From: Vicugna vicugna
Taxonomy: Eukaryota
Direction: 5' to 3'
Length of the DNA stretch: 64,000 nucleotides
NCBI GenBank assembly: GCA_013265495.1
Contig: MU058213.1
Coordinates: forward strand, 1,736,001 to 1,800,000
Shown: piece after piece, positions 1 to 11,860 of the stretch
Numbering within the stretch: position 1 is the first letter of the stretch
How the letters are laid out: each line of letters starts with the position of its first letter
The notes under the pieces: generated by a model
The model's database searches: none
What the model was told of the DNA's origin: nothing
What the model saw: the letters and a program-made list of their open reading frames with translations, nothing else
Program-made: the position numbers and the translations under genes

Positions 1-726
1 TCTACCTTTTCCTCTGCAGTTTTCAGCTGTATTTTCTGTACTTTGGCTATGCAGCTACAACAGATTTGCTGAAAGTTGGATGGCAGGAGAGAAGGGAGTT
101 TGGACCATATGTGAGGTGTATGCAAATCTCTAAGTGCACAAACGATGATTGATAGAAGTTGTTCGAATATGTGAATTAGCTGTAAATGTATTTTCATGAT
201 TCAATTTAGGTTGGAGGATCTAACCTTAGAGGCTCTAAGTAATGAGGCATTAACTTCACTGCTATTTTTTCAAACTACCACAAAATATAAGCACATGTCA
301 AAAAAAATGAATCAGATGATGATAGCTGTTTTATGGGTGGTATTTTTAATGTCATTACTGCCACTGCAAACCTAAGCAAAATGAATCTGGTCATTTCAGC
401 GAAGTCCCCAGTGAGCAATAGTGTCCATTGAGAGGCAAGGTCACATCTTGGTGGGTCTGTCCACAGCTGCTCCAGTTGAGTCTAAGGCTCTGTAGGTCAT
501 CTTTCCCTGATTGAGGAGGGCCTTTCTGAGTTAAGATTTCTGATTTGATCATTCAGGGTTAACTCATAAAGGAAACAGGAAAATTTGTTTATAGGATCCA
601 GAGTGTTCTTGTACTTTTTACCTTAAGAGACTTGTTACTCACGTTATACAGTAAGAGTCACGTTATTAAACATCAGGTTAAATTTCTTTTATTATCTACC
701 TTGCTTGGCTTCATTTCTGGGTTTTA

Positions 727-771
727 TCTCTCCCTCTCTCTCTCTCTCTCTCTCTCGCTCGCTCTCTCTCT
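727..771. repeat. (CT)n microsatellite
   Basis: Run tctctccctctctctctc...gctctctctc. Confidence 0.95.
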
Positions 772-1214
772 TTGTCCAGCTCTGTATAAACTCATGACCT
801 CATCTTACACTCTCTTCCTAGTTCTGACTTTGAACTCCCATAGGATCCTGCTCCTAGGAATTATACCCTGGAACTTCCCACTAAAACTTCAGGCAGTAGG
901 CTGCTGGAACACCACCCAGCATATCAACCCTGCTCCGGTCAGGTTCACCTGGGTCTCAGCCTCTGTCTATTAGGGTAAGAGAAGCAGGAGAGAAGAATCC
1001 TTTCCTTCTCTCTGGTTTAGTATTTAACCAGACCTTTGTTCCTTCCCCCTACACACCTGCTGCCCTCAGAACCACCATTTCCCCTCAGGTCCACATGACT
1101 GATAATTCCAAGTGGCGTTTTGTAGTATTTTTAACCACCAAGGACACTATTTACTCTTTCCTCTCCATAGGTGCCATGTTTTGAAAAATTTTTTATCTAC
1201 AAAGCTTTACTATT

Positions 1215-1972
1215 AATTTTTTTTCAAATTTATTTATTCATCAAATACATATACACATGTATACAGTACAAGTGTGTACAACACAGTGTTGTTGACTACA
1301 GGTACATTTTGTACAGCAGATCTCCAGAGTTTGTTCATCTTACTTAACTAAAACTTCATACCTGTTGATTAGTAATCCCCTCATTCCCCTTTCCCCAGCC
1401 CCTGGCAATCACCATTCCACTCCTTAATTATAGGGATTTGGCTATTTTAGATACTCATTTAAGAGGAATCTTGCTGTATTTGTCTTTCTGATTGGCTTAT
1501 TTCACTTAGCATAATGTCCTCAAGATTCAAGATTTATCCCTTTTGTCTCCTATTGCAGAATTTCCTTCTTTGTTAAGACTGAATAGTATTCCATTGTATG
1601 TATATATCACATTTTCCTCATCGATTCATCTGTCAGTAGGTATTTAGATTGTTTTCTACATCTTGGCTATGGTGAGTACTGCTAACATCTCTTCAAGATC
1701 CTGATTTCATTTTTTCTGGATAAATACCAGTAGTGGGATTATTGGATCATATGGTAGTTCTATTTTTAATTTTTTGAGGAACCTCCATACTGTTTTTCAT
1801 AGTGGCTGCACTATTGTGCATTCCCACCAGCAGTGTACAATGGTTCTAATTTTCTACAGCCTCATCAACACTTGCTGTATTTTCTATTTTTGATAATAGC
1901 CATCTTGACAGATGTGACTTGTTATCTCTTTGTGGTTTTAATTTGCATTTCCCTGATTATAAGTGGCATTGG
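1215..1972 (-). mobile_element. LINE-1 3' fragment (old L1MA/L1MB-like)
   Basis: Antisense L1 3' motifs: tggcttatttcacttagcataatgtcctc, gaatagtattccattgtatg, ttttgaggaacctccatactgtttt, gtggttttaatttgcatttccctgat; T-run at the left end. Confidence 0.9.
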
Positions 1973-2624
1973 TGGTACTGTGGTGAGCAGAGCTGTTTTC
2001 CAATGGGATTTTATCAGTACGAAATAACCAGGCTCACCACACTGACTTGACAAACATCATTCCAGCCAAAAGAAAAGAAACTTAAATTGTAGCTAGGCTT
2101 TGTAGCCTTATTAATATTTCCCATTCAGCTCTTTTATATTGGAATCTTTACTCATAAATTTCAACTACTGAATTTTGTTTTTCCTCTTAAAAGAGTTCAT
2201 CTCAAAAGGGGAAAAAATGCTTTAAGCAAGAGAGATAAGACTTAAAAGGGGAGATCAGGTAGTTGCTCTGGAAAGATCTCTAGGGATATGTGGGATTTCT
2301 TGGGCATCTGAAATAATTCTTGAAAAGTTAGACCTTCCAATGTTCTGTGAGCTAGAAATAGAAAGCTCATCTAAGAAAAATGTAATAGAACAAATTTCAG
2401 GAAGATCATTGGACATGGTAATGTTGTCGGTAGCATCTCTGGCATGGTTATAGTTAAGACAATGGCGAGGTTAAAGCCAGGTAAACAAAATGCAATTAAA
2501 GAAGAGGGCTGATGCATACAGATTCTGTTCAGTTGGTAGGGGGAGGTATGCATCAAGTGAATCTAATATGCAAGCAGCATTGTGAATCCCTACTTGTAAT
2601 CTCAAGTTGGAATTTGAGAATGGA

Positions 2625-2790
2625 GGGTCTCAAACTTTAATGTGCAGTAGAATCACCTAGAAGGCTTGTTAAACTACAAATTGCTCCACCCTAGAGTTTC
2701 TGACTCAGCAGGACAGGATAAGGGCGATCCTTGTGTTCAATAGACTCCCAGGTAATGTTGATGCTGCTGATCTGGGAGCTACACGTTAAC
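2625..2790. mobile_element. MER5A-like hAT-Charlie MITE
   Basis: tctcaaactttaatgtgcagtagaatcacct...agagtttctgactcag...ctcccaggtaatgttgatgctgctg. Confidence 0.8.
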
Positions 2791-2819
2791 TAACTAACTA
2801 AGGTAGTTATTTATGCACC

Positions 2820-2910
2820 CATCTCCCATTAGACTGTAAGTCCTGTGAAAGATAAAGACCTTATCTTGGCCAATTGGTAGCAAAATGTCTGGCACATACT
2901 GAATGCTTAA
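2820..2910 (+). mobile_element. L2 3' end fragment
   Basis: cccattagactgtaag...tgtctggcacatactgaatgcttaa. Confidence 0.6.
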
Positions 2911-4165
2911 GAGGTGTGGTATTGTAGATTAGTACATTAAATTTCTGATACAAATTACCATTATGTGACTTTAAGAGTGGCAAACCACAAGTTCCAAAGC
3001 TCAGTTATTCCTGCAACAGCCCCAGCGTGAAGTTTCTAGACCTGCAAGGCCAGACCCTGAGCTGCCATCACTCCCACCAAAGTTTTCAGGCTGAATCTCA
3101 TGTCTCAAGGACTCACCCTGAAAACCTTAAAGCTCATCTGTTTTCATCAATTGCATTATACTCTCCATTTTTAAGACATCAAAAATACCTCTCTTGGCAC
3201 TAGTTTTATTTGTTTGCTAAATGCTTATTTCAGGCAAATTATTCATCTCTTTTATTTTTATTGATTATTGGAAAGTGATGTTTTACAACATTTTTTGATC
3301 TGTGGATGGAAAACAAAATCCTGATCTAAAAAATAAAATCATGCTGTCTAATGGGTATCATAAACATTCCTGCTTTCCTCTTTATCAGGTTCAGTAAACA
3401 CATTTTTAGGAGAAAACTGGAATCTTCCTTCATTTAGCAAAGCATTACTGGCCATGCAGCATCTGTGTCCTACATTCAGGGAACACATGGATGAGCAAGA
3501 CCCAACCTTGGCCCTCCAGAGGCTCACAGGCCACTGAGCCAAAGGCAGCGTTGAGAGGGCCGGAGGTGGTTATCAATCCCCTGTGTGGTCCAGGGCAGCA
3601 TGGAGGGAGGCCTGTGGTCCGGGCCAGCAGCAGGGAAGGGGAGCCAACCCTTAGAGAAGAGATATTTTTACCCCTCTCTTTGTGAATCCTTCTGAGGCTG
3701 CTGTTTATAAAGAAAACAGAAAAGGGGGCTTCTTAGGACTCAGATGATGAGCAAATGATACAGGGATCAAACAGGCTTCCTTCATAAAATTTTACTATTG
3801 TTATAACAGTGTAAAAACTGAGACTGGGATCCTCCGGGTTTTTGGTTGGTTGGTCGGTACCTGTATCTGTTCCCTCCCACCCCCAACTCAAATCATCACA
3901 CAAACCAACCCCCGACACAATACACACACATATGCAAACAGACACCCAGCAAATCTGTAATTTTTTCAAGTGAATCCTTTATTTGCGCTGCTGTATGTCC
4001 CAGCGTCAGCCGCCCTGACTCCCCAGAAGACATTAAGAATAAGGAAGCAATTACACTCTTGAAAAAGCACATTTATGGACACTTTACATGTCCATTCAAA
4101 CCCTTTCCCCTAGCAAGTCTTGCCTTTGGCTGCCTCTAGATAGGGAGGCCATTTTAAAGCCATTA

Positions 4166-4175
4166 TATGTGTGTA

Positions 4176-4207
<32 letters not shown>
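4166..4207. repeat. (TG)n microsatellite
   Basis: Direct TG run. Confidence 0.95.
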
Positions 4208-4208
<1 letters not shown>

Positions 4209-5004
4209 ATAATTGTAGCTTCAGAAAGCATTTGTACATTTAGAGTCCTTTCTTATTCTTGCCTTCCTTTAAAACAAACAGGGATTATGATATTTGATCT
4301 TTAAGCATGGGACAATTTTTTGAAAAAAGATTTATCAAATCCCCCAAATATAACTCCTTGGGTTTTCATGGCTTGCAAAGCATACATTCTTTTATAAAAC
4401 ACATTTTTTTTTAAACAAATCTCATTGATTTTTATATGGGCTTGTAGTTACGGTGTGCACATTGATTTCTATTCAGAAATACCTCTGGAGTTCTCTTTAG
4501 ATGGGCCTATGTGCATGTCACTACAGAACTAAGATGAGATGATTTTAATTTAAACAGGATATTTTTTCTTTACTATTGAGCATGTTTTACATTTTATTTT
4601 TCTGAATTATTTTTAATCTTAAATGAAAGGAAGATGTGCACTTATAGTACTCTTTTCTTGATTTCCAGGCTGAATATTTTATTTTGCACATCTTTTTCTC
4701 ATCAGAAACTAAATTTAAGAAAAAACACATTTTTCCCCCTTGCTTCTTGTGTCTGTGGAACTTTCCTATTTTTTTCTGTACATCTGTAGTATGTTTGTAG
4801 AGAGCTGATTTAGGCTTAGCTTTCATCTGAAAAAACATTCCACTTTAAAATATATGTTCATTTACCCTCTTGACAAAAACATGGAATAGCAATGTGCATA
4901 GCGTAAAATGTTAACTCAAGAAGAATCAGGCAGAAGAAGAGATAAAAAATATACCAGATGAACAGAGACATTCTCTCATACATTTTGTTTGGAGCAATAC
5001 AATG

Positions 5005-5125
5005 TAGGATAATTGTATCTCTGTCCAAGGGTTGTTGTGAGGATTACATTAATTAATATGCATAAAGCAATTCTAAGAATACTTTACCCTGTAAGCACTC
5101 AATAATGGTTAGCTAATATTATTAT
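5005..5125 (+). mobile_element. MIR 3' half
   Basis: agggttgttgtgaggattacatt...taagcactcaataatggttagct. Confidence 0.75.
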
Positions 5126-6062
5126 CTGAAAAAATAAAACATGTAACTTAAAAATAGCATTACACTTGGTGTTTTGTGGAGAAGGAATCTGGTCAAGGAT
5201 TATAAATACCCAAATTTAAGTTTAGTTTAAATGCTCCACTCCCTTGCTTTTTAAGCTTCCATCATTCTAGATAGAAGTCAGTATATTTTCCACATGGGCA
5301 ATAAAACAGCCTCTCCTTCTCCTAACTGCCCACTCTGTTAAGGAGATAGTGGTCTCCAAGGCATGCACAAAACTGATAATAATAACAAGAACAACAGCAA
5401 CAAAATCCTTTCTTGAGGCCATCCTTTTCTGTCGATTGTTGACTGGTCACTGGTTCATCAGTAAGAGGGTCCTGGGTTTGGGGCCACATAAGCAGCTCCC
5501 TCTCCAACAGGATGACTCTCCACTAATTGGAACAAGAAGTTAATCTCTCTCCAACTGAACCCAGCTGAGTCTCTGAGCACAGTGATGTATTTAAAAGATC
5601 TGTGGCAGCGCAGGGCATGTGGCACTAACCGGATTTAGCTCATTAGCAAATCTACAAGGCCTTGCTGACACTGCACCCAGAATAAAATACACGAGGCCAG
5701 CCTGTGCCCTGTGGGCACCTACAGCATGACTACATAATAAAAAGGCATTTATTAATAATCTCATTGGTCACACAATACAAAGGAAGGCAACAAGAAGTCA
5801 AACGCTGTCATTTGTCGTGACTAGAGAGACATAATTAAAATAAGTGTCATGTGATTAACCTTTGAAAAATTAATCTGGTATGAAAAAAGGCATAAAAACA
5901 AGGAAGATAGGCTCTTAACATGAATTTAATTCAATAGGCAGCTGTTGTATGCACATGGATCAAATTCTGTGTATGTGAGATATTAATGCTACTTGTAGCA
6001 AAGAGCAATTAACAAAATTTAACTAGTGGGGGTCTATTATTAAAAATAACAGCAGACTACAG

Positions 6063-6320
6063 AGAGGCAGAGTGTATAGTGGTAAAGAGGGGTAAGATTT
6101 CAGTGTCGTCCATCTAGGTTTGAGTTCAGATTCCTGTTTGCCACCTACTTGCCCTTGGGCAATTTTCTCAACCTTTTAGTATCTCAGTTTCCACATTTAT
6201 AAAATGGAGATGTTAATACATCTTATGTGAGTCTTGTGATGACTAAATAAGATCATATATGTACAGCTCTCAGCACAGAATGAAGCACATCATAAGGGCT
6301 GGGAAAGTCTTAGTGCTGAT
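6063..6320 (+). mobile_element. MIR SINE
   Basis: atagtggtaaagag...ccttgggcaatt...tctcagtttccacatttataaaatgg (core). Confidence 0.85.
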
Positions 6321-6579
6321 AAAAAGTGTTTGTTAGTTTAAGTCCTGGATATGGAAAAAGAAGTTTGCCCTGCGTAGAAAACGTGAGAGGTACACACTCA
6401 GCACTGTGATCTATGATGCTTCAATGCAAGTCAATGGAATTTTCCCCAGGGTCTTGCTGGCAGTGATCTTATCTTGTGATTTAATGTCAAGGGTGGCACA
6501 TCAGTAATTCTAGAGAAATATTATGGGCTATGGCAGAACAAGAAGGCTCAAGAATAATATTTGTACCTTTCGTCTAGCC

Positions 6580-6815
6580 CCAAATTGTTCAACTCAGATC
6601 GTACAGGGCCAGATAGTAACTGGCTGGCCAGGAAGTGGTAGGGACTATAGAGCACTTACCCAACACTGGAGGCGATGGCTACTCAGGTAGGGCCACTTTT
6701 TGTCATAAGGAAATGTGAGTCCAGTGTTACCAAATATTCCCATTTTCACAAGGCACACTAGAAGTACTGATTTTCATGGGAAATATCCCATTTACAAAAA
6801 ACACTCTTCTGGCCA
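6580..6815. mobile_element. old hAT-Charlie fragment (MER102/MER103-like)
   Basis: cagtgttaccaaatattccc...gattttcatgggaaatatccc resembles the recalled consensus. Confidence 0.4.
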
Positions 6816-6831
6816 CACTCAGCCCTTCATT

Positions 6832-7065
6832 CAGGGCTGAGACTAGGGTGAGATAAGTGAGGCATTCATCTCAGGTGCAAAATTTAAGGGAGTACCCCAA
6901 AATTCAAAAGTAATCAAGATAATACTTTAAGACAATATTTTAAAAATCAAAATTAAAGCTAAAAATCCATGATGAAGAAAATGTTAAAATCTTAAAGTAA
7001 GACGGGATCTATATTACTGATTTTTCCCCTTGCCTCAGGCTCTGATGTAGCTCTACATGGCACTG
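6832..7065. mobile_element. hAT MITE, MER96B-like
   Basis: Starts cagggctgagactagggtgag and ends ggcactg (CAG...CTG termini); flanked by degenerate 8-bp TSD ccttcatt / ccttcagc. Confidence 0.75.
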
Positions 7066-7529
7066 CCTTCAGCCTCTGTCTGGACTCTAAATGTCACTGC
7101 CACCTGACTGCGAGGCAGATAGCCAGGTTTGCATTGGATCAATTCATAGAACAACCAAAATACTGCCCAAAATAAAATAGTTGGATAAATTATCAATTAG
7201 TTAAGGATCTACTCAACTCCATCTTCATTTAACAAAATTTCACTAATATCAACTAAGGAAGAATTAGTGGAAAGTCAGAAATAGTCTATTTGTAAATAAA
7301 AGTGTGTTACTTTTGAATACAGTTGTCAAAGGGAAAAAAAAAGATAACTGTTAACAAAGTGGCTTCAAGTGGATGACCTGCTTTTATGAACACAAAAGAC
7401 AAGATTTATAAAGTAGGACAGGCATTCTTGAGTCAAAAATCCTCTTTGAAATCATATGCAACATTTTGTTTCTCACTTTTCATCAGATTCTTTTAAGGAC
7501 CAGGATCACAGAAGACCTGGAATTATTGT

Positions 7530-7700
7530 AATAAAGCATGAAAATGAGATCATGGGCTTTGAAGCCAGCCAGACCTGAGTTTGAATCTTGGCTCTTTCCT
7601 GCATTGATTACTTAGACAAGTCAAATAATCTCTCCCTTAGTTTTCTTATCTGTAAAATGTATCTCATAGACCTGCTGTAGATACCAAATGGATGATATGT
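7530..7700 (+). mobile_element. MIR SINE
   Basis: ggctttgaagccagccagacctgagtttgaatcttggctct...ttttcttatctgtaaaatg. Confidence 0.8.
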
Positions 7701-8289
7701 TATGTTATCTCAATTCTTGGCAAAAGACACTGGGGACATAACAGTGATTATCATCATTTAGCATGTTCACTGCAAACCATCCCCTGCTAATATCCTTAAA
7801 AATATGCAATTATACTTAGTAACTTAAATATATCCTTTATTTATGCTATTAATTTGCTTGGTTCATCTTTTATTCAATAACAGAAGAAAATTTAACTTCA
7901 GTTTGGGTGGAATTACCACAAATCCTGCATTTAATGGAGCCTAAATTAGAAAACTTTAACTGTATTTGATATAGCAAATTTTCCCTTTAAATTAGAGAGA
8001 AAAAAAAACCCTATAGTGTTAAAACAATTAACTAAATGTAAACTAAACTGAAAATAAACTAAACGTAAAAATAAATGGCAGTGGCCTTATTGCACATTCT
8101 GTGAGGAGAATGACTACTGACCAGTTAGGAGCACAACCTGTTGGGCTACCGGGGTGCTATAGGATGTGGTTCTGTGGGATTTCAGTGGAATTCAACCTTA
8201 GCAGCCAGATTTTCTAGTGTTAGTTTTGATGATGTTCCTGATATCTCTAAGTAATGTGGACACTCCCGAGATGAGAAACCGTGTTATCA

Positions 8290-8395
8290 CTCAGTGACTC
8301 TGGGTTCAAATCCCATTCCCATCTCATATTTGGAGGGTGACTCAGGGCAGGTTCAATTAACTTATTTGAGCCTTAGTTTAACCTATTGTAAATTA
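8290..8395 (+). mobile_element. MIR fragment
   Basis: ctgggttcaaatccc...tgactcagggcagg...gagccttagttt. Confidence 0.6.
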
Positions 8396-9454
8396 TCTCC
8401 CAGAGGGCTTTCCACTGGATCCCTGTCAGATGCATTTAAGAAAAATGTGAAACTTGCATAATTTTACTATCCTCTGCAATACATCTTTATGTTCCTTTTT
8501 CTCCCAACTATTCTTCTAAGAAGCAGCTAGAAATTCTCATTTCATTAGGAAGCCATTTTTTACCATCAATGAAAGTGTAGAAACTCTGTCAGTTAGAATT
8601 GGATATTTATGTCAGGTTCAGGCGATTGAAACTTAACTCTATTTCATTAACACAGAGAAATGTCACCCTTTTAACTAATGAAACACATCCATAAGAGAGC
8701 TATATTTTTAAAGGTGTATCATCAGAAATAGCCATATGCAAAATGCCTTTCAGAGCACTTGCAAGCTCTTCAACAACACTCTCCTTTCTCTTGTGTGCAA
8801 CCCTGATCCAAGTGAAAAATACCTTTTGACTGGAGGAGGCAATGTATCACTGTAGAGAAAACCAATTTCCATTGTTTCCCTGTCTGAGGAAAATATTCCT
8901 GCATTAGCCTCTCACCTAAGGTATATTTTAAGGACATTATAAAACTTTTAATTTAAAATGTTCAGTGCCACAGATGGCAAGTTGAATACACCTTGGAAGA
9001 GAGATGAAGATTTGTAAAAACATTTGAAATCCCTTAATTTTGAGGCTGTTGGGGCCCCCAGCTAGCAGTTTTCTCTGCTTCTCCCCTTTACTCCACTACC
9101 AAGCCTATGATCGGAAAGCACCCAAGCTAAGGGTTTTTAAAACATCATCCCAAGTCTGGTTAGAGGGCCCATCCTTTCTTCCTCCTGGCAGCATCTCAAG
9201 AAGACTTTGTAGGAGCAAAGAGTAGAGTCTTAAAAAAAAAAAAATCACTGAATACATGGTGTCTCTGGGCAGTCCTCTTAGCTTTACAATATGGAGCTGG
9301 CTGGTTTAGCAACATAACACTGAACACAGGGCAGCAGACTCCATGGGAGAAGTTGTTTTTTCATTTTCTCTTTTCTGTCATTCTCTCCCTCCCTCTTTCC
9401 ATTCTTCTCTGTCCCCTTCCTCCTTTGTTTCCTTTTCTTCTTTCCCTACTCACC

Positions 9455-9820
9455 TATTTATTCAAAAAACACTTACTTAGAGTCTGATATTCCAAGTATG
9501 GCATTAGGCTCTGGGAATACAAATGATTCCCTTGGGGAGCCTCCAATTTCGTGACAGAAGGTCCTGATGTATTAAATAACCCCAACAGTGGGATGCTTCA
9601 TAATAGAACTCAGTAGAGAAGGAGATCACCTCTGCTTACCTGGATAAGGGAAGAGGAGGCAACTTGGAAGTGGCTTGTGAAAGAGTGATCATGAACTTCT
9701 CAGGCCAATGTGGAGGGAGAAGGACATTCCAGAAAGATGAGGCAGTAGGTACAAGGGCGTGGCTCTTGAAAGTACCCACATGGCATAGTGCCCTTGAACT
9801 GATGCAGGAAAACAGATGTG
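9455..9820 (-). mobile_element. L2 fragment, interrupted by the LTR at 9824
   Basis: tttattcaaaaaacacttact...taggctctgggaatacaa...gaaggacattccag; L2-like sequence resumes after 10437. Confidence 0.65.
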
Positions 9821-9823
9821 GGA

Positions 9824-10437
9824 TGTGAGAAGGGCTGTGTCCCAGGCTTCAGTTGAGCCCCTGGGACGTGCCCCGCCAAGTGTGGGTCCTTGGCTTCACG
9901 CAGGAAAGAATTCAAGAGCAAGCCACAGTTGAGTAAAGGTAGATTGATTTAGAAGGATACATTGAAAGGCAAGAGAAAGGCCAGGAGGTGTGGGGGTTGG
10001 GTGCTCAGATTAAAAGTAGGTACACACTCCATAGACAGAGTGCGGGCTGTCTCAGAACAGAGGGAGAGAGAAAGAGAGGCAGGCAGCCTCGAGGCACCAT
10101 ATTGCTAGCTTTTATGGGATTGGTGGCTTCATATGCTAATAAGTGGAAGGACCAGTCTAAGCCTGGGGAAGGGGCTGGGATTCCCAGAAAGTTTGCCATT
10201 TCCCACTCTGACCTTTTGTGGCTAGCCTTGGGACTGCCATGGTGCCTGTGGGCATGTTATTTACCATGCTGATATGTTACAATGGGCGTATAATGAAGCT
10301 CAAGATCTGCTAGAAGTTAAATCTCCCATTATCTTGAGCCTCAAGGCCTACTGGGTGTTGAATCTTTCACCATTTTGATGTTAATTGCTGTAGCATTCCT
10401 TGAATGGCTGTGCCCTGCCCCCTTCCATCCTGTCTCA
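9824..10437 (-). mobile_element. ERV1-class solo LTR (~610 bp), relatively young
   Basis: TG...CA termini (tgtgaga...tgtctca); gga on both flanks; antisense U5-type motif ccttggcttcacgcaggaaagaattcaagagc; TATA-like CATAAAA on the minus strand near 10107-10115; retained CpGs. Confidence 0.8.
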
Positions 10438-11130
10438 GGACCACTTTAAGTTGGTGGTATAGAAGAACCTGGGCATCAGGCAGGAGAGGTTAAAGCTGGG
10501 ACAGGTAAGCCAGAGAGGATGCTGGGGCCAGATCAAGGAAGACTACCCAAACAGATCTGATAGATACCTTTGGAGCCCCTAGTGTGAGTCAAACACTGTT
10601 CTTGGCGCTTGAGACACCGCCTGCCCTTTCAGGAAGTTCATATTATTTGATGAAAAGATAGACAATAAGGAAGTAAACAAACTCTGAAATCTGTCAGATC
10701 CTGATAAATGCTATTAAGAAGATAAAACAGGGTAATAGAGTTTAATAGGACAGAGAGTTGGAGGCATTCGCCTTTAGATAGGATAGGCAGGGAAGTCCTC
10801 TCTAAGGAGGTGATATAAAAGTCCTAAGGAGGAGATTTTGTACTTTTGAGATGAGACCTGGGTACTTGTGTTTTTAAAAAGCATCCTAAGATTCTGATGT
10901 GTGGTTAGGGAGCAGCCTTACCCTAGGCAGGAGACTTCTGGAGTATTTACATGGTCCTGGTCAGGTATGTGTCCTGGAAAGTCCTAGCTCATAGTGAGGA
11001 GCACTGGCAGCTGCACGGAATGCAGCTTGAAGCTTTAGACTGGAGGCAGGGAGGCCTGTTGGGAGCCCACTGGGTTCTATAGGCCTCTGCCTGCAGAGAT
11101 AAAGACTTGGGCTGAGCTGACATCAAAAGA
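10438..11130 (-). mobile_element. L2 fragments with a small MER5-like piece (~10850-10910)
   Basis: cactgttcttggcgct, cctgccctttcaggaagttcata, ggcagggaagtcctctctaaggaggtgata, agactggaggcagggagg. Confidence 0.65.
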
Positions 11131-11282
11131 TATAAAAAACTAGGGTTAGAAGAGGTGGAGGACTGCAACTAGCTGTGGCTACACAGTCTAGGCCAGCCAC
11201 CCCTCAGAGGGCTTTTCCAAAAAAACCTCCTCTAGGAGGTGGAATTCATTTTAGCTTTGCATAAAACTAAAATGTTTGTACC

Positions 11283-11506
11283 CAGGGTTCATGTCAGCAA
11301 ACTTTTCCTGTAAAAGACCAGATAGTAAATATTTTAGATTTTGAAAGTCATACAGCCTCTATCACAACTATTCAACTCTGCCTTTGTAGAGTGACCATAG
11401 ACAATATGTAAGTGAATGAGCATCTCTGTGTTTTAATATGACTTCATTTACAAAAACTGGCAGCTGGCTGGTTTGTCCCATGGTTTCAGTAGTTTCCCAC
11501 CTTCTG
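11283..11506 (+). mobile_element. MER58A-like hAT-Charlie MITE
   Basis: cagcaaacttttcctgtaaaagaccagatagtaaatatttt...actattcaactctgcc...atttacaaaaactggc. Confidence 0.85.
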
Positions 11507-11719
11507 CTCTAATCTGTCCAGGAGATTCTTTGGATTATTGTCCTAAGCTCTGATGGAAGGTGGTCAGTGAGGATCTTCCTAGGTATGTATACATGTTGTA
11601 AAGGATTTTTATTTTTATTAAGCAGCAAGTTTAGACTCTATTTCCAGCTCTGCAGGTCCTGGTTTTGTGCTTTGTTGACTAGTGGACTTGGCATACCCCA
11701 TAGTCACACAGTGTGAGTG

Positions 11720-11860
11720 CACCTAAAGGGACCAGGAGACCTGCGTTTAAAGTTCATCTACCTTCCAGTGTGTCTACCTCTCAGAGCCTCAGTTTCCTCT
11801 TTAACAAATCGAGTGTTGGACTAGATGACTCTTAAGGCCCTGTCTGGCACTAATACTTTA
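11720..11860 (+). mobile_element. MIR/MIR3 fragment
   Basis: cctctcagagcctcagtttcctct...ttggactagatgactcttaaggccc. Confidence 0.7.

Noticed and set aside
632..973. 113-aa ORF with a hydrophobic LSLSLS stretch
   Set aside because: Produced by the (CT)n microsatellite; starts at TTG; no recognisable homology
2928..2946. tagtacattaaatt resembling a mitochondrial D-loop motif (NUMT)
   Set aside because: Match is only ~14 bp and the flanks do not look mitochondrial
8025..8078. (aactaaa)-like repeats
   Set aside because: Low-complexity A-rich slippage sequence
8960..8985. CTCF-like gccacagatggca (also partial matches at ~27795 and ~29118)
   Set aside because: Spacing or 5' core deviates from the consensus; not supportable without a PWM scan or ChIP data
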